This document shows, one piece after another, positions 10,912 to 20,812 of a DNA stretch of 64,000 nucleotides. Position numbers and translations under genes: made by a program. How positions within the stretch are numbered: the first letter of the stretch is position 1; each line of letters starts with the position of its first letter. This stretch comes from Desulfuromonas sp. (GTDB lineage: Bacteria; Desulfobacterota; Desulfuromonadia; Desulfuromonadales; BM501): NCBI RefSeq assembly GCF_002868845.1, contig NZ_PKUB01000041.1, positions 102,710 through 166,709 on the forward strand, read 5' to 3'. The notes beneath the pieces were generated by a model. It saw nothing but the letters and a program-made list of their open reading frames with translations, had not been told where the DNA came from and searched no databases.

Positions 10912-12795
10912 CTACCGGGCCGAACCCGCCTCGCCGAGGCGGGCGACATCCTCCCGGCACACCTCCAAAAAGACCGCCCGCGAAAGTCCCCCCGAATGGG
11001 GGATGAAGGCCTCCTCGGGGATCTTTTCCAGAAGACGGACCGTGTTGTTCAACTCGCGCCGGGCGTCGCCTTGCCGCCCCATGCGCAGGTAGAGCTTGCT
11101 GAGATTGTAGTGGGGCATGACCATGTCCATGTCGAGCAGAAGGGCCTTGCGGTACTCGGCCACCGCCGTCTCCAGGTATTCCTGAAACTCCAGAATGAGC
11201 CCGCGCAGAAAGTAGGCGTCCGGGCACAGGTCATCCGCCTCCAGGGCCAGCCGGCAGTACTCCAGGGCCTCCTCGAAGCGACCCCGGTTGGCGCAGAGGA
11301 ACCCCTTGCCGATCAAGGCTCCCCGATGGGCCGGCCGGCAGCGGAGGATTATATCATATTCCTTAGAAGCCGTTTTTAATTCTTCCCGGTCGAAGGCCTC
11401 CTCGGCGCGACGAAAGACCTCGTCCAGGTCGGGCTTGGGCGAAGGAGAGGCAGGCGGCGGCGAAGGCGGCTTTGCGACGGGACGGGGCGGTCGCGGTTTC
11501 GGGGGCGCCACCGGAACGGGAGGCTTCGGCCTTCGGGAGGGACTCTTCGCCGCCCGGGCTCCCTCCAACGGAAGGCGGTAGTAAAACCCCCCCGCCTCCT
11601 GGACCCGGTCGAAGTCCTCGGAGATGTTGATCAGGGTTTCGGCGTGACCCAGAAAAAGATAGCCCCCCGGCCGCAGACAGCGGGAGAACTTCTCCACGAT
11701 GTGCCGGGTCGTGGCCAGGCGAAAGTAGATCATCACGTTGCGACAGAAGATAATATCGATGTCGGACGTGCCGTTTTCAGGCGAGGGGAAATCCCCCGTC
11801 TGCAGGTTGAAATAGCCGAAGTCGACCATATCCCTAACCCGGGGGTCGAGAACATAGGAGCTGCCATGCCTCTGGAAGTAGCGGTCCCGGAACAGGGGCT
11901 CGGTCACCCGCAGGGAGCGTTCGCCGTACACCCCGTCACGGGCGCAGCGCATGGAGCGTTGGTTGATGTCCGTGGCGAGGATGCTCACCTGCCAGTCGGC
12001 CAACAGGGGGAACATCTCCAGCAGGAGCATGGCGATGGAATAGGGTTCCTCGCCGGTAGAGCAGCCCGCCGTCCAGATGCGCAGGGTCCGCTCGGAGCGT
12101 TTGCGCTGGATGATTTCCGGCAGGATCCTTCCGGCCAGGGCCTTGAAGTGCGCCAGATAACGGAAAAAGTAGGTTTCGCCGATGGTCAGCAGGCCGAGGA
12201 GCTTCTTCAGCTCCTGGCGGCTCTCGGCATAGGTCTCCAGGTAGGCGAAATAGTCCCGGTAGTCCCTGGCGCCGACCGCGCGCATGCGGCGCATCAACCC
12301 CCGCTCCAGAATCTTGCTGTTGCGCCGGTCGAAGTGCAGACCGCTGTGCAGGATGAGGTAGTCTTGGAACCGTCCAAACTCCCCGTCTCCCAGGGGGGGA
12401 TAGGGAGCCTGGGGATCCCTGCCCTGCGGGCTTTTGGCCAGCCGCCCCAGATCCTCGAGAAGCCGCCGCTCGTCCAGAGGCTTGGGGAGAAAGTCGTAGA
12501 CGTCCAGCAGTTCGTATTCGAGTTCCGCCTGGGGAGAGGTAACGATGACCGGGATTTTTCGGGTCGCCCTATGGGCCTGGAGTCGGCGCAGCGTCTCCAG
12601 GCCGCGGACCTCCGGCATGGCCACATCGAAAATGAGCAGATCGGGGTCGATCTTGCGGATGGCGGAAAAGGGATTGGAACTGGCGGAGAGACACTCCACC
12701 CCGTAGCCGGCCGTTACCAGGACCTGGGAGAGGGCCCGGCACAGCTCGTGGTCCTCGTCGACGATGAGCACCTCGAAGGTGTCTTTGATCCCCAT
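10912..12795 (-). CDS. cheR: Receiver-CheR methyltransferase-TPR fusion protein
   Basis: N-terminal REC (VLIVDEDHE..DLLIFDVAMPEVRG), a CheR SAM-binding motif (LRIWTAGCSTGEEPYSIAMLL), a Pro-rich linker, and C-terminal TPR-like repeats. Confidence 0.85.
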   Translation of the reverse strand: MGIKDTFEVLIVDEDHELCRALSQVLVTAGYGVECLSASSNPFSAIRKIDPDLLIFDVAMPEVRGLETLRRLQAHRATRKIPVIVTSPQAELEYELLDVYDFLPKPLDERRLLEDLGRLAKSPQGRDPQAPYPPLGDGEFGRFQDYLILHSGLHFDRRNSKILERGLMRRMRAVGARDYRDYFAYLETYAESRQELKKLLGLLTIGETYFFRYLAHFKALAGRILPEIIQRKRSERTLRIWTAGCSTGEEPYSIAMLLLEMFPLLADWQVSILATDINQRSMRCARDGVYGERSLRVTEPLFRDRYFQRHGSSYVLDPRVRDMVDFGYFNLQTGDFPSPENGTSDIDIIFCRNVMIYFRLATTRHIVEKFSRCLRPGGYLFLGHAETLINISEDFDRVQEAGGFYYRLPLEGARAAKSPSRRPKPPVPVAPPKPRPPRPVAKPPSPPPASPSPKPDLDEVFRRAEEAFDREELKTASKEYDIILRCRPAHRGALIGKGFLCANRGRFEEALEYCRLALEADDLCPDAYFLRGLILEFQEYLETAVAEYRKALLLDMDMVMPHYNLSKLYLRMGRQGDARRELNNTVRLLEKIPEEAFIPHSGGLSRAVFLEVCREDVARLGEAGSAR

Positions 12796-12861
12796 CGGGC
12801 GTCTCCGCCGGGGGTCCGCACCGCCCCGGGCAACCCCGGGGAGGCCGACCCGTTCCGGCTG

Positions 12862-14547
12862 CTACTTGGCGATTTTGGCCCAGGTGTCGCGCAGGGTGAC
12901 GGTGCGGTTGAAGACCGGGGTCGCCGAAGTCGATTCGCGGTCGGCACAGAAATAGCCGAGTCTTTCGAACTGGTACCGGTCTCCCGGAGCGGCTTTCGCC
13001 AGGCTCGGCTCGAAGTGGCAGGAATCGAGAATCTGCAGGGAGTCGGGGTTCAGGTCCTCCCGATAGTCACCCCCCTGGCGGCCTGCGCCGGGGTTCGTTC
13101 CCAGAAAGAGCCGGTCGTAGAGGCGCACCTGGGCGTTGAGGGCGTGCCGGGCCGAAACCCAGTGGATGGTCCCCTTGACCTTGCGCCCGTCCGGGGCGTT
13201 GCCCCCGCGGGTGGCGGGGTCGTAGGTGCAGCGCAGTTCCACGACGTTGCCCACCTCGTCCTTGACCACCTCCTCGCAGCGGACGAAGTAAGCGAAGCGC
13301 AGGCGCACCTCGCGCCCGGGGGCGAGACGGAAGAACTTTTTCGGGGGATCCTCCAGAAAATCGTCCCGCTCAATATAGATGGTCCTGGAGAAGGGAACGG
13401 TGCGGGTTCCCATCTCCGGCTTCTGGGGATGGTTGGGAGCCTCGAACTCCTCGACCTGGTCCTCGGGATAGTTCTCGATGACCACCTTGAGGGGGTTCAG
13501 CACCGCCATGGCCCGGGGGGCATGCTCGTTGAGGTCCTCGCGGACGCAGTCCTCCAGGGTTCCGACGTCGATCCAGCTGTCGCTCTTGCCGACCCCGATG
13601 CGCTCGCAGAAGTTGCGGATGGCCGCCGGGGGGAAGCCGCGCCTGCGCATCCCCACCAGGGTCGGCATGCGCGGATCGTCCCAGCCGCCGACCCGCCCCT
13701 CGCTGACCAGCTCGAGCAGCTTGCGCTTGCTCATGACGGTGTAGGAGAGATTGAGGCGGGCGAACTCGATCTGCTGGGGGCGGTGAACCCCGAGCTGCTC
13801 CAGGAACCAGTCGTAGAGGGGCCGGTGGTCTTCGAACTCCAGGGTGCAGACGGAGTGGGTGATCCCCTCGATGGAGTCGGACTGACCGTGGGCGAAATCG
13901 TACATGGGATAGATGCACCACCTGTCCCCGGTGCGGTGGTGGGAGGCGTGCAGGATGCGGTACATGACCGGGTCGCGCAGGTTGAAGTTGGGCGAGGCCA
14001 TGTCGATTTTGGCCCGCAGCACATGGGCGCCGTCGGGGAAATCCCCGGTCCGCATGCGCTCCAGGAGGTCGAGATTCTCCTCCACCGTCCTCTCCCGGTA
14101 GGGGCTGTTGCGGCCCGGCTCGGTCAGGGTCCCGCGGTACTCGCGAATCTGCTCGGCGGAAAGGCTGTCGACGTACGCCTTGCCCTTGCGAACGAGTTCG
14201 ACCGCCCATTCGTAGAGCTGCTCGAAATAATCCGAGGCGTAGTAGAGGTGCTCCCCCCAGTCGAAGCCGAGCCAGCGCAGGTCCTCCTTGATCGCCCGGA
14301 CGTACTCGTCCTCCTCCTTGACCGGATTGGTATCGTCGAAGCGCAGGTGGCAGCGGCCGCCGAAAGCGGCGGCCAGGCCGAAATTCAGACAGATCGACTT
14401 GGCATGGCCGATATGCAGGTAGCCGTTCGGCTCCGGGGGAAAGCGGGTAACCACCTCCTGGCGCTTGCCGCTCTTCAAGTCGTCTTCGATGATGTTGCGG
14501 ATAAAGTTGGTGGCCGACGATGTGTCGTTGGTGCTCATATGGCGCAT
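12862..14547 (-). CDS. glnS: Glutaminyl-tRNA synthetase
   Basis: 561 aa. [17 protein letters not shown] (HIGH) and VMSKRKL (KMSKS-like). Overall GlnRS-like sequence. Confidence 0.95.
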   Translation of the reverse strand: MRHMSTNDTSSATNFIRNIIEDDLKSGKRQEVVTRFPPEPNGYLHIGHAKSICLNFGLAAAFGGRCHLRFDDTNPVKEEDEYVRAIKEDLRWLGFDWGEHLYYASDYFEQLYEWAVELVRKGKAYVDSLSAEQIREYRGTLTEPGRNSPYRERTVEENLDLLERMRTGDFPDGAHVLRAKIDMASPNFNLRDPVMYRILHASHHRTGDRWCIYPMYDFAHGQSDSIEGITHSVCTLEFEDHRPLYDWFLEQLGVHRPQQIEFARLNLSYTVMSKRKLLELVSEGRVGGWDDPRMPTLVGMRRRGFPPAAIRNFCERIGVGKSDSWIDVGTLEDCVREDLNEHAPRAMAVLNPLKVVIENYPEDQVEEFEAPNHPQKPEMGTRTVPFSRTIYIERDDFLEDPPKKFFRLAPGREVRLRFAYFVRCEEVVKDEVGNVVELRCTYDPATRGGNAPDGRKVKGTIHWVSARHALNAQVRLYDRLFLGTNPGAGRQGGDYREDLNPDSLQILDSCHFEPSLAKAAPGDRYQFERLGYFCADRESTSATPVFNRTVTLRDTWAKIAK

Positions 14548-14601
14548 ACCTCTTTTGGTCGGTTCACGGCTGGAGCGGGACCGGCCCCTGCGGGGCGGGC
14601 C

Positions 14602-15102
14602 TCAGACCTCCAGTTCCTCCTCGATGTCAATTGTCCTCAGCAGAATAACGGCATGGGCCGAAATCCCCTCGCCCCGCCCTTCGAAGCCCAGCTCCTCGGT
14701 GGTGGTGGCCTTGATGTTGACCCGGGCGGGATCGGCGCCCCACACCTCCGCCACCTTCTCGACCATGGCCCGGACATGGGGGGCCAGCTTGGGCCGCTGG
14801 GCAATGACCGTCACGTCCAGGTTGCTCAGAGTGTACCCCCTCGCCCTGGCCAGGGCCACAACTTCCTTGAGCAGCTTGAGGCTGGAGATGCCCCGGTAGG
14901 CCGGATCGGTGTCCGGAAAGTGCTTGCCGATATACCCTTCCCCGAGGGCCCCCAGCCCGGCATCGCAGACGGCGTGAAGCAGCACGTCCGCGTCCGAGTG
15001 CCCCAGCAGGCCAAGCCCGTAAGGGATATCCACCCCGCCAAGGATCAGTTTGCGTTCCGGAGACAGACGATGTACGTCATAGCCGTGACCGATGCGGATC
15101 AT
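14602..15102 (-). CDS. ispF: 2-C-methyl-D-erythritol 2,4-cyclodiphosphate synthase
   Basis: 166 aa. IGHGYDVHRL..GHSDADVLLHAVCDA signature. The start overlaps the ispD stop (ATGA). Confidence 0.95.
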   Translation of the reverse strand: MIRIGHGYDVHRLSPERKLILGGVDIPYGLGLLGHSDADVLLHAVCDAGLGALGEGYIGKHFPDTDPAYRGISSLKLLKEVVALARARGYTLSNLDVTVIAQRPKLAPHVRAMVEKVAEVWGADPARVNIKATTTEELGFEGRGEGISAHAVILLRTIDIEEELEV

Positions 15103-15800
15103 GGTTCTTCCCCTTTCGAAAAAGCACGCAGGGCCCGGACCAAGGCCAGGTCCTCCGGGGTGGTGATCTTGATGTTGCGATAACTGCCTTCGACCATCAC
15201 CACCGGGTGACCGAGGCGCTCCACCAGAGCGGCGTCGTCGGTCACCCGAAAACCCGCCTCCAGAGCCTTGCGGTGAGCCTTGAGAATCAGGTCAAAACGA
15301 AAGGCCTGGGGCGTCTGAGCCTGCCAGAGCCGCTCCCGGTCGGGAGTGCCCCGCACCCTTCCCTCCACGACCTCCTTGATGGTGTCCTTTACCGGAACCC
15401 CCACTACGCAGGCCCCGCAGCGCCGGGCGGCCTCCACCACGACGGGGATGAGTTCCGGCGGGAAAAGGGGGCGCACCCCGTCGTGTACGAGAACCGTGTC
15501 CTGGGGGCCGGCCCCGCAGGCGAGCAAGCCGTTGCGAACCGAATCCTGGCGCTCGCCCCCCCCCGGGACCACCGCGCGCACCTTGCCAAAGCGATAGCGC
15601 TCCACCACCTCGGCGCGGCAGTAATCGATCTCTGCGGGGGGGGATATCACAAAAAGATGGTCAACCTGGGGGTGACTGTCGAACAAAGCCAGGGTATGGG
15701 CCAGAATGGGGCGGCCATCAAGAGCCAGGTACTGCTTGTTGACGGTGGCGCCCATGCGGCGTCCCATACCAGCTGCGGGAACCAGGACGGTAACGCTCAT
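15099..15800 (-). CDS. ispD: 2-C-methyl-D-erythritol 4-phosphate cytidylyltransferase
   Basis: VLVPAAGMGRRMG motif. The ATG at 15800 follows GGAGG. The track ORF continues to 15938 but that part overlaps the carD-like gene and looks non-coding. Confidence 0.9.
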   Translation of the reverse strand: MSVTVLVPAAGMGRRMGATVNKQYLALDGRPILAHTLALFDSHPQVDHLFVISPPAEIDYCRAEVVERYRFGKVRAVVPGGGERQDSVRNGLLACGAGPQDTVLVHDGVRPLFPPELIPVVVEAARRCGACVVGVPVKDTIKEVVEGRVRGTPDRERLWQAQTPQAFRFDLILKAHRKALEAGFRVTDDAALVERLGHPVVMVEGSYRNIKITTPEDLALVRALRAFSKGEEP

Positions 15801-15876
15801 GGGCCTCCGGAGGGGGATGGCAAAAGAAAAGACCAGGCGCCGCCGCGCCCGGCCCGGAAAAGAAAGGTAAGCGGGA

Positions 15877-16362
15877 TCAGTTGATGAGAATGTCTTCGAC
15901 GCGCTGAATGACCGCCTCTTCTTCTGCGCCCTCGGCAAAAGCGATCTCCTTGACCAGGAGCTTGCGAGCCAGCTCCAGCACCTTCTTCTCGCCGTAGGAG
16001 AGTTCCTTATCCTCTTTGATGTGGTACAATTCGCGGAGAACCTGGGCCACCTCCATCAGGTCGCCCGACTTGATCTTATCGTTGTACTCCCGCTGGCGGC
16101 GGCTCCAAGAGGCGACCTTGCGACCGTTTTCCTGCTCCTCCTCAAGAACGTCGTACACCAAAGCGACCCCGTCTTTGTCGATAAGAGTGCGCATTCCCAC
16201 CTGTCTGGCGTTACCCACCGGAACCATGATCGTCATGTCGCCATCGACGATGCGCAAGACATAGAAGTCGTGCTTTTCGCCGGCGAACTCCTTCGATTCG
16301 ATCGCCTCGATCACCCCGACCCCTTGGGTTGGATAAACCGCCATGTCACCAATCTTATACAT
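15877..16362 (-). CDS. carD: CarD/CdnL-family RNA-polymerase-binding transcription regulator
   Basis: 161 aa. N-terminus MYKIGDMAVYPTQGVGVIEAIE..YVLRI is typical of the CarD_TRCF domain. Confidence 0.85.
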   Translation of the reverse strand: MYKIGDMAVYPTQGVGVIEAIESKEFAGEKHDFYVLRIVDGDMTIMVPVGNARQVGMRTLIDKDGVALVYDVLEEEQENGRKVASWSRRQREYNDKIKSGDLMEVAQVLRELYHIKEDKELSYGEKKVLELARKLLVKEIAFAEGAEEEAVIQRVEDILIN

Positions 16363-16547
16363 GGATTTCTCCTCCCTTTCGCATCCTTAAAATTTAACAC
16401 AAAAATCCATGCCCGTCAATGCTCAACGTCCGGCGAAACAAGGACTTAGAGAGCCCGGCCCTTTTTCGCCTGGCCGCGGCGACCCCCCTGTGCTACGATT
16501 TTCTTCCCTGGCCGCCGCACCTGCTCTCACGCGAGGAAGACAAAACC

Positions 16548-17456
16548 ATGCGAATAGCCATCATCGGCGCCGGAGCCCTCGGACTCTACTACGGAGCCAT
16601 GCTCCAACGCGCCGGAAACGAAGTCCAATTCCTGCTGCGGCGGGACTTCGAGGCCGTCTGCTCCCGAGGCCTGACCGTGACCTCCCCGAAGGGCGACTTC
16701 CACCTGGCCCGGGTCCTCGGTTTTCGGAACCCCGACGAGATGGGTCCGGCGGACCTGGTCCTGGTGGGGCTCAAAACCATCGACAACGAGCGCCTTGCAG
16801 AACTGGTCCGGCCCCTGATGCAGAAAAATACGGCTGTGCTCACCCTGCAGAACGGTCTCGGCAACGAGGAACTGCTGGCCGAAGCCTTCGGCCCCGAGAG
16901 GGTCCTCGGCGGAGTGGCCTTTCTCTGCTCCAACCGCGGCGCTCCGGGGACGGTCCATCACCTGGGCGAGGGAGCCGTCCGCCTCGGCGAGTTCTCCGGA
17001 AAGTTCAGCGCCAGGGCCGAGGGCCTTGCGGCGACATTCAGCGCCGCAGGGATTCCCTGCCAGTCGGTGCCGGACCTGGTCAAAGCCCGATGGGAAAAAC
17101 TGGTGTGGAACATCCCCTTCAACGGCCTCTGCGCCCTGACCGGAAAGACGACCAGTGACCTGCTGGCCAGCCCGGCGGTTCGCGAACAGGCCCTCGCCCT
17201 GATGGGGGAGGTGGTGGAGGCCGCCAATGCCCAGGGGCTCAGCAATCCGATCGACGGGAACGCCTTCTGCGCCCGCATGATGGGGTTGACCGAGGGGATG
17301 GACCGCTATCGGCCGAGCATGATGATCGACCGCCAGGAGGGGCGCCCCCTGGAACTGGAGGCCATCTTCGGCACGCCCCTGCGACGGGCAGCGGAAAAGG
17401 GCGTAGAGATGACCCGGGTGCGGTTGCTGGAAGCCCTTTTGAAACTAGGGGAATAG
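16548..17456 (+). CDS. panE: 2-dehydropantoate 2-reductase (ApbA/PanE family)
   Basis: MRIAIIGAGALGLYYG Rossmann motif at the ATG at 16548, with an ApbA-like C-terminal half. The upstream part of track ORF 16419.. is probably not translated. Confidence 0.8.
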   Translation: MRIAIIGAGALGLYYGAMLQRAGNEVQFLLRRDFEAVCSRGLTVTSPKGDFHLARVLGFRNPDEMGPADLVLVGLKTIDNERLAELVRPLMQKNTAVLTLQNGLGNEELLAEAFGPERVLGGVAFLCSNRGAPGTVHHLGEGAVRLGEFSGKFSARAEGLAATFSAAGIPCQSVPDLVKARWEKLVWNIPFNGLCALTGKTTSDLLASPAVREQALALMGEVVEAANAQGLSNPIDGNAFCARMMGLTEGMDRYRPSMMIDRQEGRPLELEAIFGTPLRRAAEKGVEMTRVRLLEALLKLGE

Positions 17457-17480
17457 CCCCCAAACCTCCGGGGACCAACC

Positions 17481-17518
17481 AAAAAGCCCTGCCGGCAAAG
17501 AGCGGCAGGGCTTTTTGG
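17481..17518. terminator. Bidirectional rho-independent terminator
   Basis: AAAAAGCCCTGCCG (17481-17494) / CGGCAGGGCTTTTT (17503-17516) with an 8-nt loop. It lies between convergent panE and the TPR/PBP1 gene. Confidence 0.65.
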
Positions 17519-17560
17519 TTTAATCTTCGGCCGACCGCCGCAAAGCCGCCGCGCCCCCCT

Positions 17561-19477
17561 CTAATTAATCTGAACGATGTTGCCGTTTTGCACCTGGAGC
17601 AGGAACAGGACCTTGTCCGCATCCCCGCTCGGCCCGAAGCTGGTCGCCCCGGTCACGCCGGGGTAGTTGCGCAGGGCGGAGAGTGCGGCCCGCACGTCCT
17701 CACGGGAGATGACCTCAGGACGGTCGAGAAGGGAGAGTAGGATTCCCGCCGCATCGAACCCCTGGGCCTCGAGAATGGAAGGCTCCTCGCCGTATTTTTG
17801 GAAATAAAGATCCACAAACTCCCGGACGAATGGATAAGGACTAAAGCGGAAAAAGCCGTCGACAAAGATGGATCCCTCGACGTAGGATCCGGCGATGCGG
17901 GTCAGTTCGGGGGAATTCCAGCCGTTGATCCCCAGCAGAAGCAGATCCTCGATGCCGTAGAACGCCAACTGAGGAGCGATAAGGCCAACCCGGTCGGCGT
18001 AGTCCGGAATGAAGAGGGCCTCAAAAGGGGCCGAAGGGGTGTCAGGCAGGAAGAGCCCCTCCAGCATCTCCGCCTCGCTGGCTGGCTCTGCCTCCTCGTC
18101 GGGGGCATCAGGATCGAGCCCCATGAGGAGCTTGATCTGGCGGCGAAAATCGGTAGCCTGCGCCGGATAGCCCTCCAGGGCAACCACCTGCCCCCCCCGC
18201 TCCAGAACCGCCTCGGTGAAGAGGTCGGTAATCTCCAACCCCAGCTTGTTTTCCGGATACAGAATGCCGAAGGTGGTCGTCCCGCCCTCATCCATGGCAT
18301 GGCGCACCAGGGTCTGGACCTGAAGGCGGCTGGTAAGGGAGTTGCGGAAAACCACATCACCCGCCTCGGCCAGCCCTTCCCTCTGGGAGAGGGCGAGCAG
18401 GGGAAGGTCCTCGAGTTGGGCGCGGACGGCGGCCTCCGCAGCAGCGCCCCCGGTGAGGGGGCCGATGGCGGCCATGACCCGCTCGCCGTTGGCCAGTTCG
18501 TCCAGGGCCTCGACGCCGCGCAGGGCATCGCCGCCGGTGTCGCGGAAAATGAAGCGCGGCGGAGGCTGATCCCCATGATGGGTCTCCAGAGCCAGGTCCA
18601 TGCCGCGCCGCACCAGCTCCCCAAAGGCCCGGTAACGCCCCGACAGGGGCAGCAGCACGCCGACCGCGCGCTGCAGAAAGGCCTCCCCGGTAAGCTCTTC
18701 CCAGAGCTGGACCGCTTCGGAGCGGTACGGGAAAGGAACCCCTTGCAGGAGAGGGCGCACCAGCTCCCGGGCCCGCACTGCATCCCCACGAAGCGCCGCC
18801 AGCCTCGCGAGCTGCAAATTGGCATCCGCACCAAGGGCCGTCCCCTGGAACATGAAGGCCGCCTCGGCGACCTCTCCGGCCCCGGCACGATCCTGGAGCA
18901 GGAGGTGAGCCTGTTCCAGAAGCTTTGACTGCTGCCCGGGATCGGCCCCGGAGAGCTTCTGGTGGATGAAAAGAAGGGCCCGCAGCGGCTCGCCCAGAAG
19001 GGCTCTTCCTTCGGTCAGGGCGGAAAGGCGCCGGGCTTCGTCCTCTCCCGTGAACTCCGCCCCGGCGAGGCCCTCGAGAATGGCGACCCCGGCCTCGGCC
19101 TTGCCGGTGACGACAAGGGCCGCTCCTTCCAGCAACCGGACCTCGGGGACCATCCCCTCGGGGGGAATCCGTCCCAGATAAAGGAGAGCCTCGTCGGGCT
19201 GGCCCCCGTCGAGGAAGATGCGGGAGATGAGCAGATAAGCGGGAGGCAGGAGGGGGGAGTCAAAATAGCGCACCACGAAGCCGCGCAGCTGGGAGAGGGC
19301 CTCTTCGGCCCTGCCGGCCCGGTAGAGTTCCTCGGCCTGGCGCAGCTCGGCCTTCTGGAGCACCAGCGCCTGCTGCTCGGTGAAAGTGAGCTGGATGGCA
19401 CTTGCCGGCGGCACCAGGCATAGCCCTGCGCTCACCAGCAGACATGCGCCGATGATCGTGCCGATCGCCTTCATCAT
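17561..19477 (-). CDS. Exported TPR + type-1 periplasmic-binding-fold protein (LpoA-like / Leu-Ile-Val-binding family)
   Basis: Signal peptide MMKAIGTIIGACLLVSAGLCLVPPASA at ATG 19477. The N-terminal half is TPR-like helical repeats. The C-terminal half resembles branched-chain amino-acid-binding / LpoA C-domains (AIGPLTGGAA..GATSFGPSGDADK). Confidence 0.6.
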   Translation of the reverse strand: MMKAIGTIIGACLLVSAGLCLVPPASAIQLTFTEQQALVLQKAELRQAEELYRAGRAEEALSQLRGFVVRYFDSPLLPPAYLLISRIFLDGGQPDEALLYLGRIPPEGMVPEVRLLEGAALVVTGKAEAGVAILEGLAGAEFTGEDEARRLSALTEGRALLGEPLRALLFIHQKLSGADPGQQSKLLEQAHLLLQDRAGAGEVAEAAFMFQGTALGADANLQLARLAALRGDAVRARELVRPLLQGVPFPYRSEAVQLWEELTGEAFLQRAVGVLLPLSGRYRAFGELVRRGMDLALETHHGDQPPPRFIFRDTGGDALRGVEALDELANGERVMAAIGPLTGGAAAEAAVRAQLEDLPLLALSQREGLAEAGDVVFRNSLTSRLQVQTLVRHAMDEGGTTTFGILYPENKLGLEITDLFTEAVLERGGQVVALEGYPAQATDFRRQIKLLMGLDPDAPDEEAEPASEAEMLEGLFLPDTPSAPFEALFIPDYADRVGLIAPQLAFYGIEDLLLLGINGWNSPELTRIAGSYVEGSIFVDGFFRFSPYPFVREFVDLYFQKYGEEPSILEAQGFDAAGILLSLLDRPEVISREDVRAALSALRNYPGVTGATSFGPSGDADKVLFLLQVQNGNIVQIN

Positions 19478-19517
19478 AACCGCACCGCTCCCCCGGGGCA
19501 CCCGGCCCCGTTCCGGA

Positions 19518-20639
19518 TTAACCGAAAAGTTCCTTGACCTTGTCGAAAAAACTTTTTCCCATGGGGTGAACATCCTCCCCGCTCTCCCGGGCGAACTCCT
19601 CCAGCAGGTCCTTCTGCCGAGAGGTCAGATGGGTGGGAGTCTCCACCCGGATGACCACCAGCTGGTCGCCCCGTCCGTAACCCTGCAAAACCGGTATCCC
19701 CTTGCCGGAGAGATTCAGCACCTTGCCGGACTGGGTCCCGGCGGGCACCTTGATCTTCACTTTGCCGTCGAGAGTGGGGACCTCCAGGTCGGCTCCGAGG
19801 GCCGCCTGGGAGAAGGAGACGGGAATCTCGCAGATCACGTCCTGCCCCTCGCGCTGAAAGATGGGATGCTCCTTCACAGTGATCACCACGTAGAGGTCTC
19901 CCGGAGGCCCCCCCTGGGCGCCGACCTCCCCCTCGCCGCTGAGCTTGAGTCTGCTGCCGGTCTCCACCCCGGCGGGGATCTTGAGAGACATGGACCGCTT
20001 GCCCCGGACCCGGCCGGCCCCCCGGCATTCGGGACAGGGGTTGTCGATGATCTTCCCCTCCCCCGAGCATTCCGGACAGGGCCGGGTCAGGGAGAAGAAA
20101 CCCTGCTGATAGCGGACCTGCCAGGCCCCCTGGCAGGTGGGACAGGTCTTGGGGCTGGTCCCCTCTTTCGCCCCTGAGCCCCCGCACGGCTCGCAGGCGT
20201 GGTGGCGGGGGATCTGGATCTTGGTCTCCAGGCCGAAAGCGGCCTCCTCGAAGGAGATGCTGAGGTTGTAGCGCAGGTCGTCCCCGCGCCGCCCCCGCCC
20301 GCGCCGGCCGCCCCCGCCCCCTCCTCCGAAGATATCCCCGAAGATGTCGCCGAAGATGTCCTCGAAGGGGCTGCCGCCGAAGCCGAAACCCTCGGAGCTG
20401 AAACCGCCCTGACCGCCCAGGCCGGCATGGCCGAACTTATCGAAGGTGGCCCGCTTCTGGCCGTCGGAAAGGACGGCGTAGGCCTCCGAAAGCTCCTTGA
20501 AGCGTTCTTCGGCCTCCTTGTCCCCCGGATTCTTGTCGGGGTGGCACTTCAGGGCCAGGCGCCGGTAGGCCTTCTTGATTTCAGTCTCGCTGGCGTTCCG
20601 GTTGACGCCGAGCACCTCGTAATAATCGCGTTTGGACAA
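19518..20639 (-). CDS. dnaJ: Chaperone DnaJ
   Basis: J domain ([16 protein letters not shown]), G/F region, and four CxxCxGxG repeats. Confidence 0.96.
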   Translation of the reverse strand: MSKRDYYEVLGVNRNASETEIKKAYRRLALKCHPDKNPGDKEAEERFKELSEAYAVLSDGQKRATFDKFGHAGLGGQGGFSSEGFGFGGSPFEDIFGDIFGDIFGGGGGGGRRGRGRRGDDLRYNLSISFEEAAFGLETKIQIPRHHACEPCGGSGAKEGTSPKTCPTCQGAWQVRYQQGFFSLTRPCPECSGEGKIIDNPCPECRGAGRVRGKRSMSLKIPAGVETGSRLKLSGEGEVGAQGGPPGDLYVVITVKEHPIFQREGQDVICEIPVSFSQAALGADLEVPTLDGKVKIKVPAGTQSGKVLNLSGKGIPVLQGYGRGDQLVVIRVETPTHLTSRQKDLLEEFARESGEDVHPMGKSFFDKVKELFG

Positions 20640-20812
20640 CGTGGTCTTTCCTTATCGGGGAAACAGCAATTCTAAGCCGAAATGGCACTCAGGGGCCCAT
20701 CCGCCATCGGTTCTGCGCGCGGGCTTCCGGGACCCCTTCGAATCGAACAGCGACAGGAGCCGGGGATACCCCGGCTCCTGCTGTCAATGATGAGGATTGG
20801 AAAAGGGGGATA

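Noticed and set aside
20754-20780. GC-rich 12-bp-stem hairpin (CAGGAGCCGGGG-ATA-CCCCGGCTCCTG) between dnaK and dnaJ as a terminator.
   Set aside because: No U-tract follows it on the transcribed (minus) strand, and dnaJ is normally co-transcribed with dnaK. It is at most an intercistronic stabiliser or attenuator, and I cannot support a terminator call.
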